The notes below the pieces were generated by a model. The model made no database searches and was not told where the DNA came from. It saw only the letters and a program-made list of their open reading frames with translations. A program made the translations under genes and the position numbers. From assembly GCA_963804165.1 (NCBI GenBank), contig CAWDPO010000046.1, positions 320,001 to 384,000 on the forward strand: DNA of 64,000 nt, given 5' to 3'. Position 1 is the stretch's first letter. Every line of letters begins with the position of its first letter. Below, piece after piece: positions 8,349-18,974 of this stretch. This DNA comes from an uncultured delta proteobacterium. GTDB lineage: Bacteria; Desulfobacterota; Binatia; UBA9968.

Positions 8349-9197
8349 TTAAATATTTGAAGTCTCCGGGTTCATGCGCAGAAGACCGGCGCCCGTGCCC
8401 CAACCCATCATGGCTTCGTAAAGAAGGACCTCGCCGGTGGCGCCTGCGACAGTGCCGGCCATGGCGAGCCACATGCGGATCTCGTTCATGCCGTTGCCGC
8501 CTTTTGTTTCGATTAACTCCTGCGTCCAGCCATCGATGATCTCGTTGGCTCGATTGCTCGCCAGCAAATTCAAGAACTCGCGATCCAATTTCGGGTTGAT
8601 GAAGCCATACTCCGGTACACCGACGGTGTGCGACATGCCGCCGGTACCGATCACCGCGACGCGCTCGTCATCGCGACGTGTTTTGATGATTTCTCCGATG
8701 GCTCGACCGAGCTCGTAGCAACGGCGCAGCGACGGGCGCGGCGCGATAGTGACGTTGACAACGATGGGAACGATGGGGATGTCATGTTCCGGCGTGAGCC
8801 GCTCGATGGGCGAGTAAAAGGAGTGATCGAGCCGGAGCTCTTCGGCCGAGTTGAGATCGAAGCCGCGCTCGACCGCTTTCGTGAGAATATCACCGGCAAG
8901 GTCCTGATGCACCGGTACGCGAAAGGTTTCGACAACGTCACCTGATAGAACGCCTTCGTCCCACGCGCCGCACTCCGCTCCGACGCCGACGCAAAAGCGC
9001 GGGACCAAATTGTAAAAGAAAGATTTGAAATGATCCGAACCGAAAATGATCAGCGCATCCGGTTTGGCCGCGCGTAGCTCATCGCGCAAGCGATCGAAGG
9101 CTTGCTTGACCCTTTCGCCTTGTTCGCCGGCGCGCTTGATGCCAACCAATATCGCGCCCACGTGAGGTACGCCGGCGGCGAAAACGACACGCCCCAT
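8349..9197 (-). CDS. Class III extradiol ring-cleavage dioxygenase (LigB family)
   Basis: PH, SDHF, LDHS, GTGGMSH, NEIRMW motifs. Confidence 0.88.
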   Translation of the reverse strand: MGRVVFAAGVPHVGAILVGIKRAGEQGERVKQAFDRLRDELRAAKPDALIIFGSDHFKSFFYNLVPRFCVGVGAECGAWDEGVLSGDVVETFRVPVHQDLAGDILTKAVERGFDLNSAEELRLDHSFYSPIERLTPEHDIPIVPIVVNVTIAPRPSLRRCYELGRAIGEIIKTRRDDERVAVIGTGGMSHTVGVPEYGFINPKLDREFLNLLASNRANEIIDGWTQELIETKGGNGMNEIRMWLAMAGTVAGATGEVLLYEAMMGWGTGAGLLRMNPETSNI

Positions 9198-9324
9198 AGA
9201 CTTTTTGCCTGCTTTCTAGACTCCGATGATCGCTCGTTCCGATGGAATTTCTTCATTCACCAGTTGCCACGCCTGGCCGCCATCGAGGCTCTGTTTTTTT
9301 TCGTGCAGCAGTTCGTGAGTAGTC

Positions 9325-9681
9325 TCACCCATCCATGATTTTCAGCAAAACATGCCGGCGATTTTTCGTGTAAGGTCTCACTTGACTGGGCCAGCGGCCT
9401 TCTTCGATCGCTTTATTCCACGCCGGACTGGTCAAGACGTCGGGACTCTCCAACTCATAGATCGCGGTGTAAGCCGGCTCGTTGGGAATCTCGATGGTCT
9501 TCGTTTCGCCGCCGATGTTCATCTTCAGTGTGCCGCGTTTGTAACGCGTGATTCCCAATACGCCGGGAACCTTGCTCAAGTTCGGCACGTGCTCTTGATC
9601 GTACACTTCATTGAAAATCACTTCATGCTCGGCATCGACGTCCATGCTCGCGATCATCAAATACTTTGTTTGGCCCGCCAT
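9325..9681 (-). CDS. EthD/DUF4286-like dimeric alpha-beta barrel protein
   Basis: FNEVYDQEHVP.L..VPG, Y.AIYELES pattern. Confidence 0.65.
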   Translation of the reverse strand: MAGQTKYLMIASMDVDAEHEVIFNEVYDQEHVPNLSKVPGVLGITRYKRGTLKMNIGGETKTIEIPNEPAYTAIYELESPDVLTSPAWNKAIEEGRWPSQVRPYTKNRRHVLLKIMDG

Positions 9682-9725
9682 AATTTTCTCTCCCGGAAAA
9701 AATGTTGCTCAGGGTATTACGAGAG

Positions 9726-10091
9726 TTACATTCCAAGGAACGTGGTGATGTCGGGAGCGGGGGATTTAATTTCGACGACCACCGATGCCTCTACGGCTTC
9801 GACGCCATGCGCCACTCCTTTGGGATGGCGACAGACGTCCCCCGGGCCGAGAATATACTCTTCGCTGCCCACCGTCATTTTAACTTTTCCTTTGACGACG
9901 TAAGCCAGTGACTCGTGCTGATGAACGTGCATCGGGGCGCCCACGCCCGGCGTATAATGAATTTCCAAAAACGTCATTTCATCCCCTTTGATCAGCGGCT
10001 TGACGAGCAAATCGCCGCCGTACATGGGTTTGCCTTCAATCGATTTTACAAGCACCGCTTTGACGTCTGAATTCTTCGACAAGATCATCAT
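9726..10091 (-). CDS. Cupin domain protein
   Basis: PMHVHQHE and P.GVAH cupin motifs; AAGGAG RBS. Confidence 0.88.
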   Translation of the reverse strand: MMILSKNSDVKAVLVKSIEGKPMYGGDLLVKPLIKGDEMTFLEIHYTPGVGAPMHVHQHESLAYVVKGKVKMTVGSEEYILGPGDVCRHPKGVAHGVEAVEASVVVEIKSPAPDITTFLGM

Positions 10092-10484
10092 TCGCTCCTT
10101 TTCGTGGCGCGTTGGCAACCGTGGTAAGCATTCGGAATGATTTCCGGAGTCTAACGACGCCCCGCGGGGTTGTCAATCTGACTTGCGAAACAGCGTAACG
10201 GACTGCGCGCGGTGAGTTCCAGCACGATGACGAAGGTGGCGGCAATGCAAAGGCTCTCGTGGTTGGCCATTCGCCGCGACTTTATGATATTACTATTCAA
10301 CCCGGAATTCGCGCCCGTCTTTATCGAACCTGCCGTCGATCATGATCCACTTAGGCGATCGCACGACCACAATCCGGCACTTTCGCGGAAGTCGACGGCG
10401 CGCTTTCGGAACCTGTCACGAACAGTTATTTCCGACATCAACGAGCGGATCCACTTCGGTGACGGTGGCGTCCCTTTTATAATT

Positions 10485-11741
10485 ATGCATCGCTTGGCTG
10501 AACGACTTAAGAACTTCTGTGACCTTTCTTTGTCGGATAAGGCCAAGGCTGTACGGATGCTGCAATGGCTGATCGTCATTGGCACTTCGTACTTTGCCTT
10601 GTTTAGCGGTGGTTCGATCAATTCCGATGCACGGGTGTTCGCACTCGTCGTTGCGTTGTTGCTTTCGGCCATTTTCCTGCAGCGGCTGCCGGCGGCGGCG
10701 TTTCACGCCGATCACTTTGATGCTGCCCTCGTCGTCACCGACGGCGCATTCATCCTCCTGGGCATTGGCCTCAATCGCGAGTCGCCGTGGGACCTGTTCC
10801 TGCTCTTTTCTTTGTGCGTGTTGCTGGCTGGGATTGCCGAGAGTCTGATCAAGACGATGGTTGCTGCGTTGCTGGTGACGATCGGATTTACCCTCGTCAA
10901 TTATTCCACCAGCAAGAGCATCTGGATGGACTCCGAAGTGCTGCTTCGGTTTCCGTTTCTTTTCGGCGTCTCGGCGCTCTACGGGTATTTAGCGCATCAA
11001 GTGAAAAACGAAAGAAAACGCGCCGATCGCGCCGAACAGGCGCAGACCGTTAGACGCCGGCTGGTTTCCGGATTGGCCCACGATATCAAGAGCCCGTTGT
11101 CGGTGATCAAAGGATTTGCCGACGTCGTCGGCATGAATCTCGCTGGGGTATCCGGCCAAGAATATAGCTCAAACGCGGTTCAACGCATTCAGGAAAACGT
11201 CGATCGAATTCTCAGGCTCGTGACGGCATTTTTGGATGCGTCCAGAGCTGAAAGCGGAGAGAGTCAACCGCTAGAAACTCCGGTGGCGATGAACTGGTTG
11301 ATTCAGGAGGTTGTTAAGCAACAGTCGGTCGATCTGCGCAGTAACGACTTGTCTCTAGAACTGAAACTTGATCCGGCTCTGCCGGAAATTCTCGGTGACA
11401 TTCCCCAGCTCGAACGCGTCATTTGGAATCTCATGAGCAATGCCATCAAGTTTACCCCGACGAACGGCAAGATCACCGTGACGACCGAGACCGTGGACGA
11501 TCGGGTCTCGGTGAAAATCAGCGACACGGGTATCGGGATCGCAAAGGATGAAATACCTTTGCTATTTTCCGAATACGGCCGCTTGCCGGGGGCTTCTTCA
11601 ACCGAGGGTAGCGGTTTGGGACTCTATATCGTGAAAAATCTGGTCAAAGCCCACGGCGGCACGGTCGACGTCGAAAGCGAACTCGGTAAAGGCGCGACGT
11701 TTACCCTTCGTTTTCCCGTCGCGCCCCGCCAGCAGCCGTAA
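10485..11741 (+). CDS. Membrane-bound sensor histidine kinase
   Basis: Several TM segments, AHDIKSPL H-box, NLMSNAIKF, DTGIGI, GSGLGL; start uncertain (ORF open from 10212). Confidence 0.9.
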   Translation: MHRLAERLKNFCDLSLSDKAKAVRMLQWLIVIGTSYFALFSGGSINSDARVFALVVALLLSAIFLQRLPAAAFHADHFDAALVVTDGAFILLGIGLNRESPWDLFLLFSLCVLLAGIAESLIKTMVAALLVTIGFTLVNYSTSKSIWMDSEVLLRFPFLFGVSALYGYLAHQVKNERKRADRAEQAQTVRRRLVSGLAHDIKSPLSVIKGFADVVGMNLAGVSGQEYSSNAVQRIQENVDRILRLVTAFLDASRAESGESQPLETPVAMNWLIQEVVKQQSVDLRSNDLSLELKLDPALPEILGDIPQLERVIWNLMSNAIKFTPTNGKITVTTETVDDRVSVKISDTGIGIAKDEIPLLFSEYGRLPGASSTEGSGLGLYIVKNLVKAHGGTVDVESELGKGATFTLRFPVAPRQQP

Positions 11742-11795
11742 TCCAAAACCTGATTCTAGCAGCAACCGAATTGCGCTGATTGATCACGCAGCCCT

Positions 11796-12233
11796 TTACG
11801 AACGCGCGAGCTCTTCAAACGTGGGCTCCGGCATCCCCGTTTTCCAGGTCGGGTCGCGCAGCTCGAGCCGGTTGCCGCTGGGATCGAAGAAATAAAGCTC
11901 CCGGCCGGTGAAAAAGCCCTTGGCTCGATAGTAAAGCCGGTCGATGGGAATCTTCCGCTCTTGGAAAATCTTGCAGGCCTGCACCAACGTTTCCGGACTT
12001 ACGGTAAACGAGTGGTGCACATTCTGGTCTTCGGTAAACGTCTTATCGACGCTGGCCGCGCGCTCGCAGAGTAGAATGTTGTGGTCGCCGACGTTGAAAC
12101 AGGACATGCCGGAATTACCCAGCCGACCTAGTGCTTTGAGGCCGAGCAGATCACCATAAAACTTTTCCGACTCGTCAAGACTATTCACCGGGATCGACCA
12201 GTGCGTCACGCCTTCAATTTTTAGTAATCCCAT
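11796..12233 (-). CDS. VOC (glyoxalase) family protein
   Basis: THWSIPV..L..SEKFY..LLG; YFFDPSGNRLEL. Confidence 0.88.
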   Translation of the reverse strand: MGLLKIEGVTHWSIPVNSLDESEKFYGDLLGLKALGRLGNSGMSCFNVGDHNILLCERAASVDKTFTEDQNVHHSFTVSPETLVQACKIFQERKIPIDRLYYRAKGFFTGRELYFFDPSGNRLELRDPTWKTGMPEPTFEELARS

Positions 12234-12424
12234 ACAACCCTCCCTTGGATCGGTTTTCAGTTATTAGAAGTCCTACCGGAACGGAGTCTGTTACTGTTGG
12301 CTATTAAATAGGGCAAACAGACCATGGCCGTCAAGCGAGCGAACAGGACCCATCGGCCCTTGTCATTTGCATGGTTTATTTCATAGCATGGGCCAACTTC
12401 AAATACCGCAAAGGAGCTAAACCC

Positions 12425-12793
12425 ATGGCGCGCATTCGACACATTGCCATATTGACGGAAAACGTCGAGAAGCTGGTCAACTTTTACACCACGGCGTTTG
12501 GACTCAAGGTGGTTCACGGCATCGGTACCGCGACCTATCTGTCCGACGGACACATCAATCTGGCCATCATTCCGATCGAGCCGGAGCGTAAGATCGAGGG
12601 GTCGCAACTGCATCCTGGCCTCTATCATTTTGGTTTCGAAGTGGAAAACGTCGAGGCCTTACGGGACGCCTGCAACGAGGTCAATGCATCATCGGCTATC
12701 GACAAGAGGCCACCGAACCGCGAGGCCGAATTTCGCGTTCATGACCCGGACGGCAATCCGATCGATCTGTCGCAGCATGGCTGGCCGATCTGA
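12425..12793 (+). CDS. VOC family protein
   Basis: RHIAI, LSDGHINLA, HFGFEV, DPDGNPIDLS; AAGGAG RBS. Confidence 0.88.
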   Translation: MARIRHIAILTENVEKLVNFYTTAFGLKVVHGIGTATYLSDGHINLAIIPIEPERKIEGSQLHPGLYHFGFEVENVEALRDACNEVNASSAIDKRPPNREAEFRVHDPDGNPIDLSQHGWPI

Positions 12794-12805
12794 CTGGCCT
12801 CGAAC

Positions 12806-12873
12806 TGGAGTAATGGAGTGTTGGAGTACTGGATCGTAAAGGTGCCGCTCCAACGCTCCTATACTGCTACTGC
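12806..12873. repeat. Degenerate 8-nt tandem-repeat palindrome (same family as 1408-1507)
   Basis: TGGAGTAA TGGAGTGT TGGAGTAC TGGA then decayed CGCTCCAA CGCTCCTA arm. Confidence 0.6.
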
Positions 12874-12907
12874 AGGAGCGTTTCCCTCAGTGCTTCGGCG
12901 AAGCAGA

Positions 12908-13903
12908 TTATTTTTTCGCCCGATCGACAAAGCCGCTCTTTTTCAGCTCGTCGAGCACGGAGGATTCCAAGAGTTTCAGCGACTCCGGCGTCTGGCCCGC
13001 CGCTTTGGCGTTGGTTTTCGCAGTCTCTTCGATGACGAATTGGAGCCCACGGCGGTCGGGAAGCTCCAGGATCCCTTCGCTGTGATGGGCTAAATAGTAA
13101 TCGTAGCCGATCGCGGCTTCGTCGTCGCTCACACGGATGTATTTCTTGATCAAGCGCAGCGCCAGCGCGCGATCCTTTTTGAGCAGGTAAATCGACTCCA
13201 CCACAGCCTTCATAAAGTTACCGACCTTGTCGCGGTTGGCTTCGAGATAGCTTCTCTTGACGATGAAACAGTTCTGCGGAAAGGGTGTTTTGCTTTCCAT
13301 GAGATCAACGAGCGATTGCATGCCGAACTTCTTGATCGCGATGGTCGCTTGCGGCTCGTTGAACATTAAACCCTGGATCGCGCCTTTGGCCAACGCCGTC
13401 ATCTGCGCCGCAGCACCGCCGACCTGAATGATGGTGACCTCTTTGGGATTGACTCCGATTTTTTCCAGCGCGACCAGCAGAGCCATATGGTTGGCCGCAC
13501 CGAAACTCCCAACGGCGAGGATCTTGCCCTTGAGTTCCGCGGGTCTTCTAATTTCCGGGCGGGCGATCAGTTTCGTCGGAAAGAAATTCAGCCCGCCGGC
13601 GATAATCGCGAGATCGGCCTTTTGCAAGTTGGTCGTCACGACCGTGACGCCGGTAGAAAACAAAACTTGGACGTCGTTTGACAGCAGCATCTGCATGCCC
13701 AATCGCCCCGAGTTGAGTGCGAGATACTCGACATCAAGGCCGTATTTTTTAAAGAGCTTTTCTTCATAAGCGGCCCATAGCACGGAGTGTATCGCTGTCG
13801 TAAACCCGCCGCTCGCGGCACGCATGCTTTCCAAGGCGGCGACAGGCCCGATGGGGCGGAGCAGTACAGCACAAAGAAAAGCGCCGATCGCTAGTTTACG
13901 CAA
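12908..13903 (-). CDS. ABC transporter substrate-binding protein (SsuA/NMT1-like)
   Basis: Signal peptide, LFKKYGLDVE, ELKGK. Confidence 0.85.
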   Translation of the reverse strand: MRKLAIGAFLCAVLLRPIGPVAALESMRAASGGFTTAIHSVLWAAYEEKLFKKYGLDVEYLALNSGRLGMQMLLSNDVQVLFSTGVTVVTTNLQKADLAIIAGGLNFFPTKLIARPEIRRPAELKGKILAVGSFGAANHMALLVALEKIGVNPKEVTIIQVGGAAAQMTALAKGAIQGLMFNEPQATIAIKKFGMQSLVDLMESKTPFPQNCFIVKRSYLEANRDKVGNFMKAVVESIYLLKKDRALALRLIKKYIRVSDDEAAIGYDYYLAHHSEGILELPDRRGLQFVIEETAKTNAKAAGQTPESLKLLESSVLDELKKSGFVDRAKK

Positions 13904-14256
13904 AGTTCACCCCTTTACCTGCCGCCTCAATGTCTTCCGAGCAGATCGATATGGCGTCGCAATAAATTGCGCGTAAGATAGGGCAGGGTGAATACACGCG
14001 TCAAGCGTAGGCAGGAACGTCCGTCGAGCTGCACTCCATTTTCAATCGATATCCGACCAGAGGCCCAAAGCCGAATGGCAGCGTAGTTATTGACCGAACG
14101 CAGCTTCACCGCTATCAACTGTGTTAGAGTGCAAAAGTCACGCTCGCCAGGTCGGCTCCAACGTTTTCATGAAGAACGAAAGACTCCAATGGAGGGCCGG
14201 TCCGGGCTAAATTCGCTGTGCGTCGATTACGGCCAAGAATGAAAGGATGGTGCTCG

Positions 14257-15369
14257 GTGAAAAAATCAGTGAACGCAAATCTCCTCGCGATACTGTTACT
14301 TAATGTCGTTCTTGCTGCGTCCGTCCGCGCCGATTGGAAGCAGGATTGGGAAAAGACCGTGGCCGCGGCTGAAAAGGAAGGCGAGGTGGCGATCTATGGG
14401 CAACCACGCGCCGGCGTCGGTAAAGCGATACTTGCTTTCAAAGACGCCTATCCCAAGATCAAGATCAATTTTGTCGGCGGCTCGGGAAGCGACCTGGCCA
14501 AGAAGATCATGGCGGAGAAAAGGGCGGACAAGCACCTCGTCGATCTAAGCATCGGCGGCGGCGGAACGATGGTGCTGGTTTATCACAAAGCCGGCTTGCT
14601 GCAGCCGATCCCGCCGCAGCTGATCCTTCCCGAAGTGGCGGATCAAACGAAATGGTGGTCGAAGAGACACCTTTACTCCGATCCGGAAGGACAGCATGTG
14701 TTTATGGCTCAGGGGGATGCGGGGTCGGGAATCGGCGCCATCAATACGAATTTTATTAAGCCGCCAGAAATCGACTCCTGGTGGGATCTGTTGGAGCCTA
14801 AGTATCGGGGCAAGATCCTCATGACCGACCCCGATTCCGCCGGCAACATCGGCAACTGGAGATTTATCTATTATAGCCCCGATCTCGGCCCGAAATTTAT
14901 CAGACGGCTGCTGACCGAGACGCAGGTTACTTTCGGCGCCAACGAGCACCAGATGATGGACTGGCTCGGCGCGGGAAAATATTCCATGCACGTTCTGGCG
15001 AAGATGGAGAATACCGAGAATGCGCGGAAACAGGGCTTGCCGGTGCGGCAAATTTTTAGCGACAAAGAAGGCGACACGATCAGCTCGGGATCGGGGCACA
15101 TCATTACGTTCAAGAATGCTCCCCATCCCAACGCGACCAAGGTCTATCTCAACTGGTTTTTGTCGCGCGACGGGCAGCTGATATGGCAGAAACTGACCGG
15201 CCGCAACTCGTTCCGAACGGACATTTCTAAAGACATGATTCTCTATAAGGATGAGCAGGTGCCAAAAGAAGGGGCCAAGTACCTGCTGTCGAGTCTGCCT
15301 CAGTACGAGGACATTAACGCTTTGCGAAAGCTGGTCGACGACGTTTTGGCGCAGGTTAAACAGAAGTAA
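14257..15369 (+). CDS. ABC extracellular solute-binding protein (Fe3+/polyamine-like family)
   Basis: AAAEKEGEVAIY, SWWDLLEPKYRGKI, NAPHPNATKVYLNWFLSRDGQ; start approximate. Confidence 0.82.
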   Translation: MKKSVNANLLAILLLNVVLAASVRADWKQDWEKTVAAAEKEGEVAIYGQPRAGVGKAILAFKDAYPKIKINFVGGSGSDLAKKIMAEKRADKHLVDLSIGGGGTMVLVYHKAGLLQPIPPQLILPEVADQTKWWSKRHLYSDPEGQHVFMAQGDAGSGIGAINTNFIKPPEIDSWWDLLEPKYRGKILMTDPDSAGNIGNWRFIYYSPDLGPKFIRRLLTETQVTFGANEHQMMDWLGAGKYSMHVLAKMENTENARKQGLPVRQIFSDKEGDTISSGSGHIITFKNAPHPNATKVYLNWFLSRDGQLIWQKLTGRNSFRTDISKDMILYKDEQVPKEGAKYLLSSLPQYEDINALRKLVDDVLAQVKQK

Positions 15370-15528
15370 CTCGAGAGGGCGCAGGGATTCCCGAGAGCGG
15401 TTTGAATGTCCGCTACGAAAACAGAGGAGAATTAAAGAAAAGGACAGTGCAATAGTAATTCACCGTGAATTGGGCGCTATAGTTCGTTCCTCGACGAGTC
15501 TACCCCCACAAACATGCGGCGAAAAAAT

Positions 15529-16870
15529 ATGATGGACGGGCTTCCCCACTTTTTCATGTCAGTAGAAAAACGGCTTTGGTCGGTGCTTCCTGAAGGGGGC
15601 ACGTTGCCTGAAGACGTGTGGCAAAAGAGATATTCATTTCTGCTCGGACTCACCTGGTTTCACGCCATCGTTATCGCGCTCATCGGTCCATTGCTTGGCT
15701 ATCGTTGGGAGCTGAGCATCGACGCGATCACCCGTGACGGTAACGTGTTGCACACGTTGTTCGAGGGACTCATTATCGCGCTGTTTGCTGCCGTCGGGAG
15801 TATCAAATGGATCGGCCGAACGCTGCAGGCCGTCGCCGTTGCCATGGGGCTGATGACGGCGTCCGCGATGCTCGTGCATTTATCCGGGGGATACATCGAG
15901 ATTCACTTCCATTTCTTTGTCATGCTTGCTTTCCTGGCCCTGTTGCAGGACTGGGTTCCCTATGTCCTGGCCATTGTTTACGTCGCGGTTCACCACGGGG
16001 TCGTCGGCGCGCTGTGGCCTGAAGAGGTTTTCAACCATGCGGCCGCGACAACGCTCCGTGGACGTGGGCCGGTGTTCATGCATTCTTCATTTTATGGTCC
16101 TGCGTCGGCAGCGTTGTGGCCTGGAGATTCAACGAAAAAGCTCTGGACAAGATTAAAAAACAGGCCGAGGAGCTGAAAGAAGCAAACAAGCTGCAAACCG
16201 ACTTCACAGCGATGATCGCTCACGACCTGCGCGGGCCCATATCCACCGTTCTCAATACCGCAGAGTTGATGGAGAGCGGTCTGTTCGGCGCTGCGAGTGA
16301 CGAACAAAAACAATGGCTCGGTAAAACACAAACGACTTGTCGGGCCGTCTTGGATATCGTGAGTGACTTTCTCGATATTTCCAAGTTCGAGACCGGCAGG
16401 CTCGATTTGATCAAGAAAAAAATCGATCTCTATAAACTCATCCAGTCCAGTCTGGACAGCTACGCGCCGATGGCGCGGGTGAAAAACGTCTCCTTGACGA
16501 GCTTCCTTGAAGCGAACCTCCCTGAAATCAACGCGGACGAACGCCGTTTGGAGCAAGTGTTATCCAATCTCATAACCAACGCGATAAAATTCACTCCGGC
16601 CGGAGGCGTCGTTGAAGTCGGCGCGCGTCGACTGAACGGGGATGTCAGAGTCTGGGTGAAAGACACTGGAGAAGGAATAGCGCCGGATGAAATGGGCGGC
16701 TTGTTCGAGAAATACGCCAAACCACCAGCGGGCAAAGATCCAAGAACAAAGGCACGGGTTTAGGCCTCGCCATCTGCAAAAAAATCGCCGAAGCTCACGG
16801 CGGTAAAATTTCAGTGGAGAGCAGTGTCGGTGAAGGGTCGACGTTCGCAGTCGAGATACCGCGGCAATGA
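15529..16870 (+). CDS. Sensor histidine kinase with His-rich membrane domain (frameshifts near 16048 and 16716)
   Basis: TM domain in 15514-16176, [16 protein letters not shown] in 16116-16763, [18 protein letters not shown]...TGA in a third segment ending at 16870. Confidence 0.82.
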
Positions 16871-17004
16871 ACTGATCCTATCAGTGCCTTGAAGTGCTTC
16901 ACCTGCCGCCCCGGTTCGGGTATTCGTCCAGCTTTTGTTTGGCGGATATCGACCGGTCGCAACCTTCATAGGGCGAGATTGTCGCGGCTTCGATTCGTGC
17001 CTTG

Positions 17005-18079
17005 CTATCGCAATTCTGTGCCCCAGAGCTCTTTAAGAAAACCCGTCTTGGTCAGTTGCTCGGCGAAGCTGTTGTCGAAAAGCTCAGCCGGTTTTTTGCG
17101 CACATTGGTGCCGCTTTCGCGCGCGACCTCGACGGCCTCGGCGAGGGCGTTCGCGGGTACGAGCATCGCTCGGTTGACCAGCGAGACCGCATAGGTGTCG
17201 TAGGCGGTTTGCAGAGTTTCCATGTCGGGAAGCTTGAGCACCTTGCTCAGTGCAGCTTTTGCTTTCTCGGGATTTTTTTCGGCGAAATAAAGTGATTCGG
17301 CGATGGCGGCAACGAAGCGCTGGACCAGTTGGGGTCTCTCCTTCATGGTTTTCGGATTGGTATGCAGCGAGCTATAGATAAACGGCAGATTCAGCTCCTT
17401 GAGATTATAAATAACGTTGAGTCCATCTTTCTTGCCGCGCGCGTCCAGGGGTGGCGTGACCGGCGCCGCGTGGATGATGCCTGCGATCACCGCGTTGTAA
17501 CGTTCGGGCTTTGCTGCCGCCCATGGGCCGGATGGTGACGTCCGCGGTGCTGAGATTGAATTTCTTCAGCATCGTCTTCATGAGCCGGTCATCTAAATCT
17601 CCAGCCCGCGACACGCCGATACTTTTCCCTTTGAGGTCCTCGAGTCGTTTGATGTCTTTTTGCGCTAACAGCACGTAGGGCAGGCCGATCAGAGGCGAGG
17701 CGATCAATTTGCCGTCGACGCCGCTGGCCAATCCGGGGATCGTGCCGTCGGCGGCGCAATAGAGAAACGAAATCTCGTCTGCCGAAAGGGCCGCGAGATT
17801 CATGGCGCTGCCGCTGATAAATTTATGATCGACCTTAATGCCGTATTTATCGAAGATGCTGTTGTCCATGGCGGTGTACAGATGAACGAATCCGCCGGAG
17901 ACCGCGCATGTGGCGACGTGCACCGTGGTGGGCGCTTCGCCGGCTTTGGCAATAAACGGATTAGCTTGGGACCTTGAAGCGCCGATCAGGATGATGAGTG
18001 CCACCAGCAGTGGCAGTCCTAACCATGATTGTTCCACATGCCGGGAATCGTGCCGGTCCAAAGATCGATTGTCATTCAT
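17005..18079 (-). CDS. ABC transporter substrate-binding protein (frameshift near 17510)
   Basis: IFDKYGIKVD, DLKGKSIGVS in N-terminal ORF; typical C-terminal half in 17005-17490. Confidence 0.8.
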
Positions 18080-18164
18080 GTTTGGTCCTCCCCGGTTGCG
18101 ATAGCGCCGCCGTATTTTCGAGCACACGGCGGCGTATGCCGCGGGTCAACGTCGTTGGCTGATC

Positions 18165-18563
18165 TTAGCGCGCGTAAACCTCCACTTTGCCTCGTCCTTC
18201 GCGTCGATTGATGCTGCGATAGTCAAAATCGATCTGTTTGATCGTCTTGCGCTCGCCCGGGAGGTCGATCACGCGAGAACCCGAGCCTTCGGGGAAGCGG
18301 TGGCGCACTTTCGGACTAAACTTCTGATCATTGCTGAAAGTCACAACCAGATTAGAAACTTCGATCGGCGCGTCTTTAACCTTGAATTGAATTTGCCTGA
18401 ACTTGCCTTCGTGACGACCCACTTCGATGCGGTCGTGGTCGTTTCTGAAGTCTACGTCCCGCCTGCCGAGAAGCTCCCATCGGCCGGACGTCTTGGCCGC
18501 GTCCGCAAACTCAGCCATGAGCAAGAGCGTTAAAACCAACCCCCAACCAAGGTGACGTTTCAT
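18165..18563 (-). CDS. Exported protein, DUF2541/YaaI-like
   Basis: Signal peptide, WELLG.R.VDF..DHD.I.V, S.VIDLPG..R.I..I.F.Y pattern; GGGAGG RBS. Confidence 0.65.
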   Translation of the reverse strand: MKRHLGWGLVLTLLLMAEFADAAKTSGRWELLGRRDVDFRNDHDRIEVGRHEGKFRQIQFKVKDAPIEVSNLVVTFSNDQKFSPKVRHRFPEGSGSRVIDLPGERKTIKQIDFDYRSINRREGRGKVEVYAR

Positions 18564-18655
18564 GGAGTCCTCCCTTTTTTTCGAACGAATCCGCTGTAAG
18601 TTGTTTTGAGCCGTCGCAGAGAATCGATCGGCTAGTTCTCCACTGGTGCTGAACA

Positions 18656-18670
18656 GCAAGCTATCTTCCA
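18656..18670 (-). promoter_or_regulatory. Putative sigma-54 (-24/-12) promoter
   Basis: Minus strand TGGAAGATAGCTTGC = GG-N10-GC with TTGC, about 90 nt upstream of ATG 18563. Confidence 0.45.
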
Positions 18671-18974
18671 TGGAACATCTCCGTTCAACTTTCTGGGCAT
18701 CGTCGACAGAAGGAGCCGCTCTTTAACTCGGATCATATTGTCTCTGCCTGTCATGACGTGACCGTCATTCAGGGGTTTCGGTTGTAGCAGATTCCAGGGA
18801 AGTTGGCGACATCGAAACTTGGCCGAGCGCCGCATGATTAGGTGCTGCGCCTGAACCTCGTACGGGCGCTTATGGAGCAAAATATTCGGAGAAACGGCTA
18901 GTGGAAGCATGACGGGGGGTGTATAGATGGGTCGGTTTTCTCCATCGATCCCAACGAAGCTGAGGTGTCATGCC

